This document shows positions 11,440-22,494 of a DNA stretch of 47,747 bases, piece by piece. Source of the stretch: Octopus bimaculoides. Taxonomy: Eukaryota. The stretch lies in NCBI RefSeq assembly GCF_001194135.2, contig NC_069008.1, positions 16,438,517-16,486,263 of the forward strand. Direction: 5' to 3'. The first letter of the stretch is position 1, and each line of letters opens with the position of its first letter. The translations under genes were made by a program, and so were the position numbers. Under the pieces are notes generated by a model. That model did not search any database. It worked only from the letters and a program-made list of their open reading frames with translations, and was not told the origin of the DNA.

Positions 11440-12056
11440 GAAAGAATATCCAATTGTGTACAAAACATAACAGTGAAAAAAAACCCAAAACATTTTGTAC
11501 ATTTGGAAGAAAGCACAATAGGAAAGTACCTTGAGCCAGTATTACGCCAGATAAAATACCTTATCAGAGATACAAAATTTCCAGGGTTAGGGTAGAGGGG
11601 ATCCCACCCGAAATAAATGTGGCTGCTATACTTCTGGGTGACGAAGAGGAAATAGCCGTTCTCCAAACCATGCAAACAGAAACAACCAATTGGACAAACA
11701 TTGGATTTAATAATACAAAGTTCAATGGAAATCCTAGAAAAAATGGTGGAAACAATAACCCAGTTGGAGATGCGGTGTTGAGAGTCAGGGTGGAGGGTAG
11801 AATCCCTCGATGTTTCAAGTGTGGCCAAAAGGGGCACATTAGAGTGGACTGCCCTTCACCGACTGCAGGAAATCAGAAAGAAGTCAGTAAAGAACTAGAG
11901 GAAGAGGTACAAATAAACAACAACGAACTTTGGAAAGNNNNNNNNNNGAACGGGACCCCCCCCCCCATCAATACCTTCTCAGCCCCAGCCTCTTCCCCGC
12001 AGACACCAAACCCATTGGGTAAAAGTGGGGGAAAAAAAAAGAAAAGGCACTGACAC
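11440..12056 (+). pseudogene. Second Tx1/L1-type ORF1-like relic with an intact zinc knuckle
   Basis: HLEESTIGKYL...IKYLIRDTKF / RVRVEGIPPEINV...RVRVEGRIPRCFKCGQKGHIRVDC. It is homologous to 7462-8233 with an internal deletion and a frameshift. Confidence 0.7.
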
Positions 12057-12454
12057 ACAGGAACCCACAAACTGACCCACTCTCCCCCACTGAATGTTGT
12101 TTTGCATGCATGAGGTTTGAAGGCGTAGATATAGAACTAATCAACAAAACAGCGAAATGGAAGAACACAAGGTTCGTTAATATGGAAGGAAAGCCAAATA
12201 TTGAGGGGTGGCCACAAATGTGTTTTGGTGTCAGAGAGGCAAAAGAATGAGATAGAAAAGCATAAAGGTGGGTCCAAGTGGTTGGAGAGTGAACTTTGAT
12301 ATGAAAGGGTTGCCGGAAAATGGGGAGTATGAGGAACTTGTAAGGGAAATATGGAGTGGATATTTTGGAAGGGATGGAATTCAAAGGAAAAAGGAAGTGA
12401 AGCTACACAGAGGTGGGCCGAGTAGCTTTATTTCCATACGCCGTCCTGTGAATC

Positions 12455-12660
12455 ACTAACATCAATGTCGAGCACAATAAATATGGTGACACAAAACATT
12501 ATACGTGAATTTGATTGGGGAGATGCAGGCTAGTTAAACAACTGCTGTCTAAACCAGATGTCAATGTGAGGAATACGAAGAAAGAGGAGACACACCTGTA
12601 CACCAGGCCTTGGTTATGAATCCACAGGTGTGTAACGCAGTAACACTGATATCAATGAGT
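12455..12660 (+). pseudogene. Divergent ankyrin-repeat fragment
   Basis: TNINVEHNKYGDT...LVKQLLSKPDVNVRNTKK / RGDTPVHQALV is a near-canonical ankyrin G-x-T-P-x-H motif. Confidence 0.65.
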
Positions 12661-13319
12661 AATGATATACAGGGTGGCCCAAAACTTTGCACCCGACCTT
12701 TAGCCTGAATACACAGACATAGTTCAACTACTGTAAAATACTCGCATCAAGAACAATATGTATAATAGCAGAAACCTCTCTTAAGGATTGTTACCATGTA
12801 AGAGAGCTCAAGTCCACGGTTGGAGTCATGTTGGGGAGATGCAACCATGCCAAATTCATCTCTCCACTCTGGACAAAATAAAAGTAACCCCACCCTCCCA
12901 AGAAGAAATGTTGGCAGTGGGAGACCTCGCTGAAACTTGGGCAACACAACGAGGTTGCTTTGGGAGCATAGACTCCGCTGTGTTTATGGGTACTAACATA
13001 TAGTGCCAAGCCTGTGTCTGGCAGGTGCTATCCTGTTCATTTCTTGGCCAATGCATTTGGAAAGGACCAAGCAGATCCTATCTGGCTCCGTTGGTGTTAT
13101 CTTAGGAATGCATGGCAGCTGCACATTGATGCAACTTTGCTGAGTAGGGGCACTTATGCAAACATTGAAGCTGTATAACAAGGTCTTCACCCGGGAGAAT
13201 CTTTTGAGTGTAAGCTTCCCCAACCTCGCCCAGAGGTCGACCTCGTGCTTCTGGCTGCCCTTCTCATACGATTGTTCACCCTGGATGAAGAGAACTCAAT
13301 GGCACAAGAATCCAGCTTC

Positions 13320-14230
13320 GATTAGGAATACACAGATGCATTTCAATTACTGGATCACACTAGCATCGATCCCAATGTGAGGAATAAAGATGGTGATACA
13401 CACCACTACATCTGGCCAGCATTATGGATACCCAGATAAAATTACAAACATTACAACATAAATCACAAGTTCACAAGTCTAAAATAAAATGGAATGAAAA
13501 TTTGAGGAATAAAGATGGTAACACATGTCCCTGCATATGGCATGCATCACACGTGCCCAGAAATAGTTGAAGAGCTATAACAGAATAGCATTGATGTCAG
13601 TGTGAGGAATAATAAAGATGGTGACAGATGTCCTTGCATCTGGCATGCATCACACACAGCCAGAAAATAGTTTATAACAGAATAGCATTGATGTCAGTGC
13701 TCGGAACAACATGGTGGCACAAACGTTTACATCTGGCCCTGACCAACAATATACTGATGTATTTCAATTACTGGATCACACTAGCATCAATCCCAATGTG
13801 AACAATAAAGATAGTGACACATGTCACTGCATCTGGTATAACCAGACATGTCCCAATGTGAAGAATAAAGATGGTGGCACAGACCACTACATCTGGCTTG
13901 CAAAATGGATATCCAGACATAGTAAAAGAGCTTTCAGTTCCAAACAGAAAAGATATATCTCCAGAGGGAACCACAGCCTCAACAAAGTACATCACATCAA
14001 GTTAGGGAGTCTAAAATATGTTCCCCAACTGATGTATTTCAATTACTGGATCACACTAGCATCGATCCCAATGCAAGGAATAAACAAGGTGACACACACC
14101 ACTACATCTGGCCAGCAAAATGGATATCCAGACATAGTTGAAGAGCCCTCAGTAAAACACTGAAAAGTTGGATTTCCAGATAGAATTACAAACATTACAA
14201 TGTAAATCACAAGTTTGCAAGTCTAAAATA
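13320..14230 (+). repeat. Ankyrin-repeat-derived cassette, largest copy
   Basis: Repeated aataaagatggtg...catctggc units. atggtg(13711) to atagtg(13811) spans 100 nt. Translates piecewise as DVFQLLDHTSINPNVNNKD, PLHLA and NGYPDIVEE. Confidence 0.7.
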
Positions 14231-14334
14231 AAACGGTACTTAATGATGGTCTATAGATTTTACCCCTAGCCGAGCATTTATTTGAAGTTTTAACCAAACC
14301 ATTAATCAAGGTATTGATTCAGAATGTTTTTATG

Positions 14335-14480
14335 GTGTTAGGAAGGGCATCCAGCTGTAGAAACTCTGCCAGATCAGATTGGAGCCTGGTGTAGCCATCT
14401 GGTTTCACCAGTCCTCAGTCAAACCGTCCAACCCATGCTAGCATGGAAAGCGGACGTTAAGCTATGATGATGATGATGAA
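14335..14480 (+). mobile_element. SINE family 'A' 3' part (an inverted partial copy follows at 14680-14765)
   Basis: ttaggaagggcatccagctgtagaaactctgcc...gcggacgttaagctatgatgatgatg. Confidence 0.85.
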
Positions 14481-14767
14481 CCTGCAACCAAATTGTTTTC
14501 CTCATTCCTCTTTCTTCAAAAATTTAACTGTTCCTGACCCCTTTTTTTTTTGTGCTTTTCTGTTTGTTTGAATTCTTGAACTTTTTATTACCGTTTTAAC
14601 ATTCTCGGAAGATGGATTACTCCGGACTACAAAGGGCAAAAAATGTAACTGACAAAAATTTTGTTAATTATTATCATCATCATCATCGTCGTTTAACGTC
14701 CGCTTTCCATGCTAGCATGGGTTGGACGATTTGACCGAGGACTGGTGCAACCGGATGGCTACACCAG

Positions 14768-15300
14768 AATTATCTGAACGAAAATCAACTTATTGCTAAT
14801 CAGAAACAGTGTACATGCGGGAATGATATGGATATAAGGCCCTTGCGGCGTGCAACAGGCAGGATCCAATGGCGATGCAGAAACTGCTGGGTAAGAGTCT
14901 CCATCTGAAAGAACACATTTTTGGAAATGAGTAAACTTTCTGTTTTTATTAAATATTGCATCTTATTTTCGACTTCATTTTCGAAATGCCGGTAATTAGT
15001 TCTATGTGTGTGAACAATTTAAGTAAAGTCATAGCAATACAATGGTATGAATATTACTGTGAAATCTGTTTGCAGAAGCTAATGAAAGACACAAAGTGAT
15101 TGGGTGGCCCGAATCATGTCGTAGTAGATGAAAGTTTGAGGTTTCATAATAAAAATGAAGTAGAGCACGGTGCAGTTGTTCTGGGTTGTTTGTTTCTATG
15201 ACAACAGCCATAAAAAAGGTTATTTGCAACACATTCAAGATGGAAAAGCAGAGCCTCTGGAGACATTCATCATAGAAAACAGAAGCAGGCTCTGCAATAT
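14768..15300 (+). pseudogene. Merlin transposase relic, lineage 2 (keeps the N-terminal Zn ribbon)
   Basis: NQKQCTCGNDM...WRCRNCWVRVSI*KNTFLEMSKLS / ILHLIFDFIFE...AIQWYEYYCEIC...LGGPNHVVVDESL / WVVCFYDNSHKKGYLQHIQDGKAEPLETFIIEN. Confidence 0.8.
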
Positions 15301-15539
15301 TTACAGACCAGGAGGGTGGTTACCAGAAGACCTGGCTCCATCCATGGAACTGTCGGCCAATCTCAGAATTTTGTGGACCCAGAAAGTAGCGTATGTACAA
15401 ATAGAGTAGAGTTAAAAGACTAACGTCTTTCCTTAATTCTACAGACTGTCGTCTTCTCCATTCGTCTGCAGTATTTCCTGCCTTCTTTCTGTCAGCACAA
15501 ACATTTATTTCTCTTCCCAAGAGAACAGCGTTGTCCTAT

Positions 15540-15725
15540 GTTTCACTTTTTCGCCATAATGTTTCAAGACATTAAGCCTGAAGGCGACTTAAGCCAGACG
15601 AAAATTGCACACATTCAACATGGGGAACCAACAACAAACAAAATCCTAAAGAAGCTAGCTGAGAATTACCAATCTGACAACGCTCAGCAATTTTAAAGAA
15701 ATATTGCACACAATTTGTCATAGAA
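15540..15725 (+). pseudogene. Possible MULE/Mutator-like transposase C-terminal scrap
   Basis: FFAIMFQDIKPEGDLSQTKIAHIQHGE...LKKLAENYQSDNAQQF*RNIAHNLS* resembles the '...L..IAHNL' C-termini of animal MULE-type transposases. This is a short match recognised by eye. Confidence 0.45.
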
Positions 15726-15879
15726 TTTCCTTCGATTATACGGTATTAAACTTATCTTATCTACACTATAAATATTAACTTTACCTGAGCGTTTGTTTCG
15801 TAGAATGACCAAGAAGAGGTTCAATTCTCACATCCAAACTGAAAAGGTAGTTGTAAATAAGACTATGAATAGTATGACT

Positions 15880-16325
15880 ATCAGAGAAGTAAGAAATATG
15901 GTCACCCACAGCAATATCTGTGGCTTTGGGCATCAAGACAGGACTTGGTTAAAAGTGCTACAACAAACCAGCATTCATGAAAATTTGAGGAATAAAGTTG
16001 GTGACACATGTCCCTGCATCTGCCATGCATCACACATGCCCAGAAATAGTTGAAGAGCTACAACAAAATAGCATTGACGTCAGTGCGAGGAATAATAAAG
16101 ATAGTGACACATGTCACTGCATCTGGTAGAACCAGACATGTCCCAATGCGAAGAATAAAGATGGTGGCACAGACCACTACATCTGGCTCGCAAAATGGAT
16201 ATCCAGACATAGTAAAAGAGCTTTCAGTAAAAGACTGAAAATTTCATCCAATATTTGCTGAGGTCAGCAGACATAGTTAAATAGCTACAACATGCGAATA
16301 GGAAATATGGTCGCCCATGCCAACA
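15880..16325 (+). repeat. Ankyrin-repeat-derived cassette
   Basis: Same units as 13320-14230 (…QNGYPDIVKELSVKD), running up to the Merlin junction. Confidence 0.65.
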
Positions 16326-16935
16326 AGTCAAAGTTGTCATTGCAGAAAATATTTCACAGCGTCTTTCATTTCGTGTTTGAGGCACCTATATCTACTTCGG
16401 CTTTATATTCCGGAGTAGATAATAAAACTGCGATCCAGTGGTATGAGTTATGTCGAAAAGTGTGTTCGGGGAAGATGCTTCGAGACAAAGCTTCGCTCAG
16501 TGGTCCAAGTCATGAGGTGGAAAAAGAGGAGAGTTTGTACTTTAAAAGGAAGAGCCACGTAGAGAGAATAGGCCATCAAACGTGGGTTGTCGGGTGCTAT
16601 GACCCCACTGTGAAAAAAGGGTTCCTTCAACGTGTACCCGATAGAAGCGCAGCAACACTTGAAGCAGTTATAATTGAAAATGTGTTACCGGGTACTATAG
16701 TACATACTGACAAATGGGGCAGCTATAGGAATCCACAACAGAGTTAACCACTCAACGAATTTCATCGACCCTGAAACTGGCGCTTGCACGAATCACATGG
16801 AGGCCTATTGGTCCCAAATTAAAAGACGGCTGAAGTATGTGACTGGATCAACGGGCGACATGAAATGGTCCTGCGTCGATGAGTCAATGTATCGAGAAAT
16901 GCATGGATTTACTGTGAAAAAAAACTTTGAGAATG
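16326..16935 (+). pseudogene. Merlin transposase relic, lineage 3 copy a (5'-truncated, 20-nt deletion)
   Basis: Nearly identical to 20211-20872 but lacks ctgggttacatacacaaaac, which causes a frameshift after RNPQQ. The 3' end is replaced by ankyrin repeats. Confidence 0.9.
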
Positions 16936-17345
16936 TGCGAGGAATAATAAAGATGGTGACACATGCCCCTGCATCTGGCATGCTACACACACAGCCAGAA
17001 AATAGTTTATAACAGAATAGCATTGATGTCAGGGCTAGGAACAACATGGTGACACAAACGTCTACATCTGGCATGTATCACCAATATACTGATGCATTTC
17101 AATTACTGGATCACACTAGCATCAATCCCAATGTGAAGAATAAAGATGGTGACATGTCACTGCATCTGGTATGCATCTCGCATAACCAGACATGTCTGAA
17201 TGTGAAGAATAAAGATGGTGGCACAGACCACTACATCTGGCTCGCAAAATGGATATCCAGACATAGTAAAAGAGCTTTCAGTAAAAGACTGAAAATTTCA
17301 TCCAATATTTGCTCAGGTCAGTAGACATAGTTAAGAAGCTACACA
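16936..17345 (+). repeat. Ankyrin-repeat-derived cassette
   Basis: Same aataaagatggtgacacat...catctggc units as the other copies. Confidence 0.65.
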
Positions 17346-18136
17346 ATGATTTTATAAAAAAATTTTTAATTACTGTAATCTTTATATCGATTTTAAGCTA
17401 CTTCACCTTTGTTTGTCTATCCTTGTTCGTCCCCTCTTTGTAACGCCTATAAATGGCGAATTTTTAATGAAATAAAGTAGCTTGCTTCATTTGTATAATA
17501 ATTATTTGTGCAGCATTGTTTCCAGAGTTGGGGGTGTATCTGCCCGAAGATTTTTGGAAGCTATTTTGGATTGTATCTGTTGGCCTGGAGTACCTGCTGG
17601 GTGAAAATTGTTGTCTTTGCTGTGGAACTGGTTTTTTTACCTCTCTTTCTATTTACTAATTTTATTTTTGAACTGTCTTAATATTTTTTTTCTCATCAGC
17701 TGTGTCTTCAGCTGATTTTTGTGACCTTTTTGTTGAACTCTATAACATGGCAAAAAGAAACAACGAAACCGCTGCCTTGGAGTGGGAGGTTGTCCCACCC
17801 AAGCAGGGACTAGCAGAGACAGAGAAGAGGACAGTGGTCTTGTGGACCTATTCTAGAGAATGTTAGAGCTCAAGAAAGGACAAAAATTCCATTGGAAACA
17901 ATTCAAACTTACTGCGAGTCCATACCATAAACATTATTAAANNNNNNNNNNAAAAAAAAAAAAAAAAGGAGTGATTTTCATTTGATGCAGAAAGAAAGTT
18001 GCTGACATGAGAGAGGAATGAATCCCAGACGTGTGTGTGTGTGTGTGAATGTATGTATTTCAAAGAGGAATACTCAGCCACTTACACATAAATTTCACTG
18101 TGTAGCTAATTCAATAGATTACACCACTGAATGCTC

Positions 18137-18375
18137 ATAGTTTTAATTCGAGGAATCCCCTTAATTCCGCCAGATCTTCCTTTTAATTTCAAAAGATATC
18201 AGTTTCTAGCAACATCACTAAGTCCCAAGAACAATGATTGAAAGTAACTGGGCTTCATCTGATGGAACACTGCTTTTCTCACAGCTAGCTCTATGTTGGT
18301 TGCTCAAGGGTTGGGTATAGAAATAAGCTATCTGAGCCGACCCAGAATGGAAAGACCAAAAATGTTCCCTTTCAA
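18137..18375 (+). pseudogene. Helitron RepHel (Pif1-like helicase) C-terminal fragment
   Basis: IVLIRGIPLIPPDLPFNFKRYQF / KSQEQ*LKVTGLHLMEHCFSHS*LYVGCSRVG matches the Helitron motif IPRIPL..DLPF.FKRLQFP...KSQGQ.L...GL.L...CFSHGQLYVA.SRVG. Confidence 0.8.
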
Positions 18376-18504
18376 TCATTTATTGTTGGTCACGTGATAT
18401 GTCACAAAATGATATTATGTATAAATTGTTCTATAAAAAGTAGAACTACGATCATAGATAGAAGTAATTTCTGCTGAGAAATACGTGATGTTTGACTCAA
18501 ACAA

Positions 18505-18830
18505 AATCCAGTGCAAATCGGCGGCATTGATGCTAACGGACAACCTGTAGTTGTGGAGATGGATGAGAGTAAATATCACCGTGGTGAGTGGGTGCCCTGG
18601 CCATTGGGTCCTCGGCGGAATAGAGAAAGCGTTTCTAAGAAATGTTTCTCAGTGGAAGTACTTGAGTGTTCTGAGCAGACTCTGACAGCATTAATTCAAT
18701 GTTGGATTCTGCCAGGAAGTCTCACAGTGAGTGATGGTTGGCGATCATACCATAATATTGGAATTTTAAACGGTGATGCATACACTCACGAGTTGATTGC
18801 TCATGAAGAACATTTTGTTGATCCTGAGGT
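18505..18830 (+). pseudogene. Merlin transposase relic, lineage 4
   Basis: IGGIDANGQPVVVEMDESKY-HRG...SVEVLECSEQTLTALIQCWILPGSLTVSDGWRSY...YTHELIAHEEHFVDP retains the first two catalytic Asp motifs (DES, SD.W). Confidence 0.85.
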
Positions 18831-19749
18831 GTAAGGCATAGAGGAGCAGAGGCCAGTGGAAAATATGGAAGAAAGAGAGTGGTGAAGAGAAAGAAAAGAC
18901 AAGAAAATGCAGACTCACTACCAAGGAGTCCCATGAAGGAAAGAGAAAGGAAGTGTAGAGGAGACACAAGGTGTACTAGAAGGAGGAAAAGCAAACGAGC
19001 AGAAAAGAAAGGAGATGTCAGCAAAATTAAGCGAGAAAGACGAAGAGAGAAAAACAGAGAGCGATACCAGTAATTAGTACGGGGGAGACAGTAAAAGGAC
19101 AGGACAAAAAGGAAGATAGAAGAGAAATGACAACATCGAATGAGAGAAAAGCAGAGAAGAACGAGATGGAAGTAACAGCAGAAGAGATTAGTGATGGAAA
19201 TTAGAAAGTAACACTGAAGGGAAAACAAGAAAGAACTATGGTACAGTGCAGAAAGAAATGTGGAGATTGAAAAAAAAGATCACGAAAATGAAAAATGTAA
19301 TTAGGGTGAAGTTAGCGCCTAAATTGTACAATGAAGGATTTAAAGCAGTCTTGTTTGTAAAAGAGAAAGGTGAAAAGCTGAAGGAAATGACAGATATCAA
19401 CCTCACAGTTTTGATTTAATGAGTGGCCACCAGTGGTGGCATTTGAGGTCACAGTGGAATATCTGATACAAAGGAAAATAAGTGGAATATTTAAAATTTG
19501 AATTATTAGTGACTCCACAAAAAATTAAAAAAAGATACAAAATAGAATATTGAACCGAAAAGTTAAATGATATATATAAAACAGTAAAATGAAACTGCCT
19601 GCTCGTGGGAAACAGGAAAGTTGTTTCATCTCATTTATTACTTATTCATAATTTCATCCATTATATGTTTCGTGTACCTCACTGTATTGTTTTGTAGTGT
19701 CCCCTCTATATTATGGCCGCAGTGCCGAATAAAGAAATTAGCTATTGTA

Positions 19750-20210
19750 TTACAACAAACTAGCATTGATATGTGAGGAATAAAGATGGTTACATGTGTT
19801 ACTGAGTGTGGCATGCATCAGACATGCCCAGAAATAGTTGAAGAGCTACAACAAAATAGCATTGATGTCAGTGCGAGGAATAATAAAGATAGTGACACAT
19901 GTCAATGCATCTGGCATGCTACACACACAGCCAGAAAATAGTTTATAACAGAATAGCATTGATGTCAGTGCGAGGAATAATAAAGATAGTGACACATGTC
20001 ACTGCATCTGGTATAACCAGACATGTCCCAATGTGAAGAATAAAGATGGTGGCACAGACCACTACATCTGGCTCGCAAAATGGATATCCAGACATAGTAA
20101 AAGATCTTTCAGTAAAAGACTGAAAATTTCATCCAATATTTGCTGAGGTCAGCAGACATAGTTAAATAGCTACAACATGCGAATAGGAAATATGGTCGCC
20201 CATGCCAACA
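19750..20210 (+). repeat. Ankyrin-repeat-derived cassette (duplicated together with the adjacent Merlin)
   Basis: Near-identical to about 15990-16325. Confidence 0.65.
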
Positions 20211-20872
20211 AGTCAAAGTTGTCATTGCAGAAAATATTTCACAGAGTCTTTCATTTCGTGTTCGAGGCACCTATATCTACTTTGGCTTTATATTCCGGAG
20301 TAGATAATAAAACTGCGATCCAGTGGTATGAGTTATGTCGAAAAGTGTGTTCGGGGAAGATGCTTCGAGACAAAGCTTTGCTCAGTGGTCCAAGTCATGA
20401 GGTGGAAAAAGAGGAGAGTTTGTACTTTAAAAGGAAGAGCCACGTAGGGAGAATAGGCCATCAAACGTGGGTTGTCGGGTGCTATGACCCCACTGTGAAA
20501 AAAGGGTTCCTTCAACGTGTACCTGATAGAAGCGCAGCAACACTTGAAGCAGTTATAATTGAATATGTGTTACCGGGTACTATAGTACATACTGACAAAT
20601 GGGGCAGCTATAGGAATCCACAACAGCTGGGTTACATACACAAAACAGTTAACCACTCAACGAATTTCGTCAACCCTGAAACCGGCGCTTGCACGAATCA
20701 CATGGAGGCCTATTGGTCCCAAATTAAAAGACGGCTGAAGTATGTGACTGGATCAACGGGCGACATGAAATGGTCCTGCGTCGATGAGTCAATGTATCGA
20801 GAAATGTATGGATTTACTGTGAAGGAAAACTTTGAGAATTTCGATACATTTCTGACATGTGAAAATTTCTAA
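20211..20872 (+). pseudogene. Merlin transposase, lineage 3 copy b (open frame, 5'-truncated, first catalytic Asp lost)
   Basis: SKLSL...AIQWYELCRKVC...GPSHEVEKEES...WVVGCYD...VPDRSAATL...PGTIVHTDKWGSY...HKTVNHSTNFVNPETGACTNHMEAYWS is a classic ISXO2-like DDE fold, but with EKEES in place of E(I/V)DES. Confidence 0.92.
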
Positions 20873-20994
20873 GACTCTCAACTCTTTTCCTTTGCAAACA
20901 TCTTATCACTTTCAGTAGTAGACTGTAGTGAAACCTCTCTCTTGGGTATTTATTTACAAATGATAACGTAGCGGCTAACATCTAGCTTTCGGTC

Positions 20995-21222
20995 GATTGG
21001 ATTGCTGTGTCCGTCACCCTGATTGGCTCTTATTTGCGCAGCATTTGTCAACAGGGTGCATATCAACCAATCGTGGCCTTCTGTTAATGTCACGTGAGAG
21101 AGAGTTCTCTGCTGTTTTCCTGAGCCCCCTTTTTATCTATAAATAGCCCTGCTTCATCCACGCCAGTTGGCCACGACTTTAGACTTCTCACAGAACACAG
21201 CTCCAGCCAGTTTCCAGCAATG
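20995..21222 (+). promoter_or_regulatory. Pol II-type promoter signature
   Basis: ATTGG at about 20996 and 21024, CCAAT at about 21068, E-box CACGTG at 21091, TATAAATA at 21138, initiator-like CAGT with A at 21165 (27 nt from the TATA), and ATG at 21220. Confidence 0.5.
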
Positions 21223-21542
21223 ACGTCAACACCACCAGCAGAGTACACGTTAACAACAGCAACCGTGGTTCTGTCTCAACACAGTTTGTGTGGATTGTTT
21301 CCACCACGAAGTCAACAGCCAGATACATGCGAGGATCTTCTGCACCAAGTAACCGGTCACAGCATCGACGCTCAACTTTACACACAACATGTGATACCTC
21401 AGCTCTGCTATTTGGCCACGACCTCTTGCGTATGGACATTCTACCTACTGTGTAACTCTTCTATGAACTGGTACTCTCTAATCTTTTTGTTCAGGACTCA
21501 TAGTCTGTTACAGACTTATTCCAGGTTTTGTATTTCTCACTC

Positions 21543-21739
21543 ACACCGGGCGAAATGCTTAGCGGTATTTCGTCTGCCCGCTACGTTCTGAGTTCAAATT
21601 CCGCCGAGGTCGACTTTGCCTATCATCCTTTCGGGGTCGATTAAATAAGTACCAGTTACGCACTGGGGTCGATATAATCGATTTAATCCGTTTGTCTGTC
21701 CCCTCCGTGTGTAGCCCCTTGTGGGTAGTAAAGAAATAA
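21543..21739 (+). mobile_element. SINE family 'B', 5'-truncated
   Basis: ccgggcgaaatgcttagcggtatttcgtctgcc...gagttcaaattccgccgaggtcgactttgcc...agccccttgtgggtagtaaagaaata. Confidence 0.9.
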
Positions 21740-21749
21740 CACACACATA

Positions 21750-22494
21750 TTGTATACATACTGTTGTTCATACGAAGATTTCGAACATAACATACCAGTA
21801 ACTAGAGATGAAGGTAAACTAAAAAACATTATACAATGGAGAAAAGTTCCAACTGAATCATTTCAATTTAACAATAATGTAAAAGTAACAACAACAGAAC
21901 AAGAATTAAATGCAGAAGAATTAATGAGTCTTTACAATACGGGTAGATGGAAAATGTTACGCGCAGATGACACTTGGGAATACACTTGGGTAAATCGTAC
22001 ACCAAGTTGGTTTAATGCATCTGACTTCGATGCACTGGCTGGTCACATTACATACGGAGAAATAGGAAATGATGCAGAAATAGCTTGTGAAATAAATGCA
22101 TTTCAAAACAATACAGAAAAATTGGGTCCCAGAAAAAGTAGCTAACAGAACTACATGGAATGATATGTTAAATGAAACTAAAGTACCAAGTAGATCTATA
22201 TTAACTCAAATGCCAATTAATCCTTCAAATCCACCTCCTATAGCAGCACTAGATCCAATACCTTTATTAGACGCAAAAAACAACGCAGCAAAAGTAAACT
22301 TCTTATCAATAGACTATTTTAGTGAAATAGACTTTGAAAAACCAAGCGGTTCACCACAATTTACTGGTTACTTACCAAGAATTCCTGCAGCAACTAAAAC
22401 ATGTCCACTTAATCCCGAAAATAAAATGAATTTATGTCAATGGCCACAAGGTCTTAGAACATACCCCAGCACTACTTTTCCTGCAATGCGTTAA
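21750..22494 (+). pseudogene. Parvovirus-like capsid (VP) C-terminal two-thirds, one frameshift near 22135
   Basis: WKMLRADDTWEYTW resembles the parvoviral '(M/L)RTGD..f.w' motif. PPPIAALDPIPLLDAKNNAAKVNFLSIDYFSEIDFE resembles the terminal jelly-roll strands of small invertebrate parvovirus capsids. The two ORFs are joined across an A5 run. Confidence 0.55.

Noticed and set aside
12747-13320. Cluster of overlapping short ORFs, possibly LINE ORF2 remains
   Set aside because: No RT or endonuclease motif was recognisable. It needs a profile search.
13320-14230. CRISPR-like repeat/spacer array
   Set aside because: The units are long, diverged and irregular with no unique spacers. They translate as ankyrin-like repeats in a eukaryotic context.
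18722-19300. Lys/Arg-rich and Leu/Phe-rich ORFs
   Set aside because: They come from purine-rich low-complexity sequence with no recognisable domain.
16292-20872. Bacterial IS1595/ISXO2 insertion sequences or contamination
   Set aside because: The relics are decayed and interleaved with host SINEs and spliced eukaryotic genes. Eukaryotic Merlin elements explain the IS1016-like similarity.
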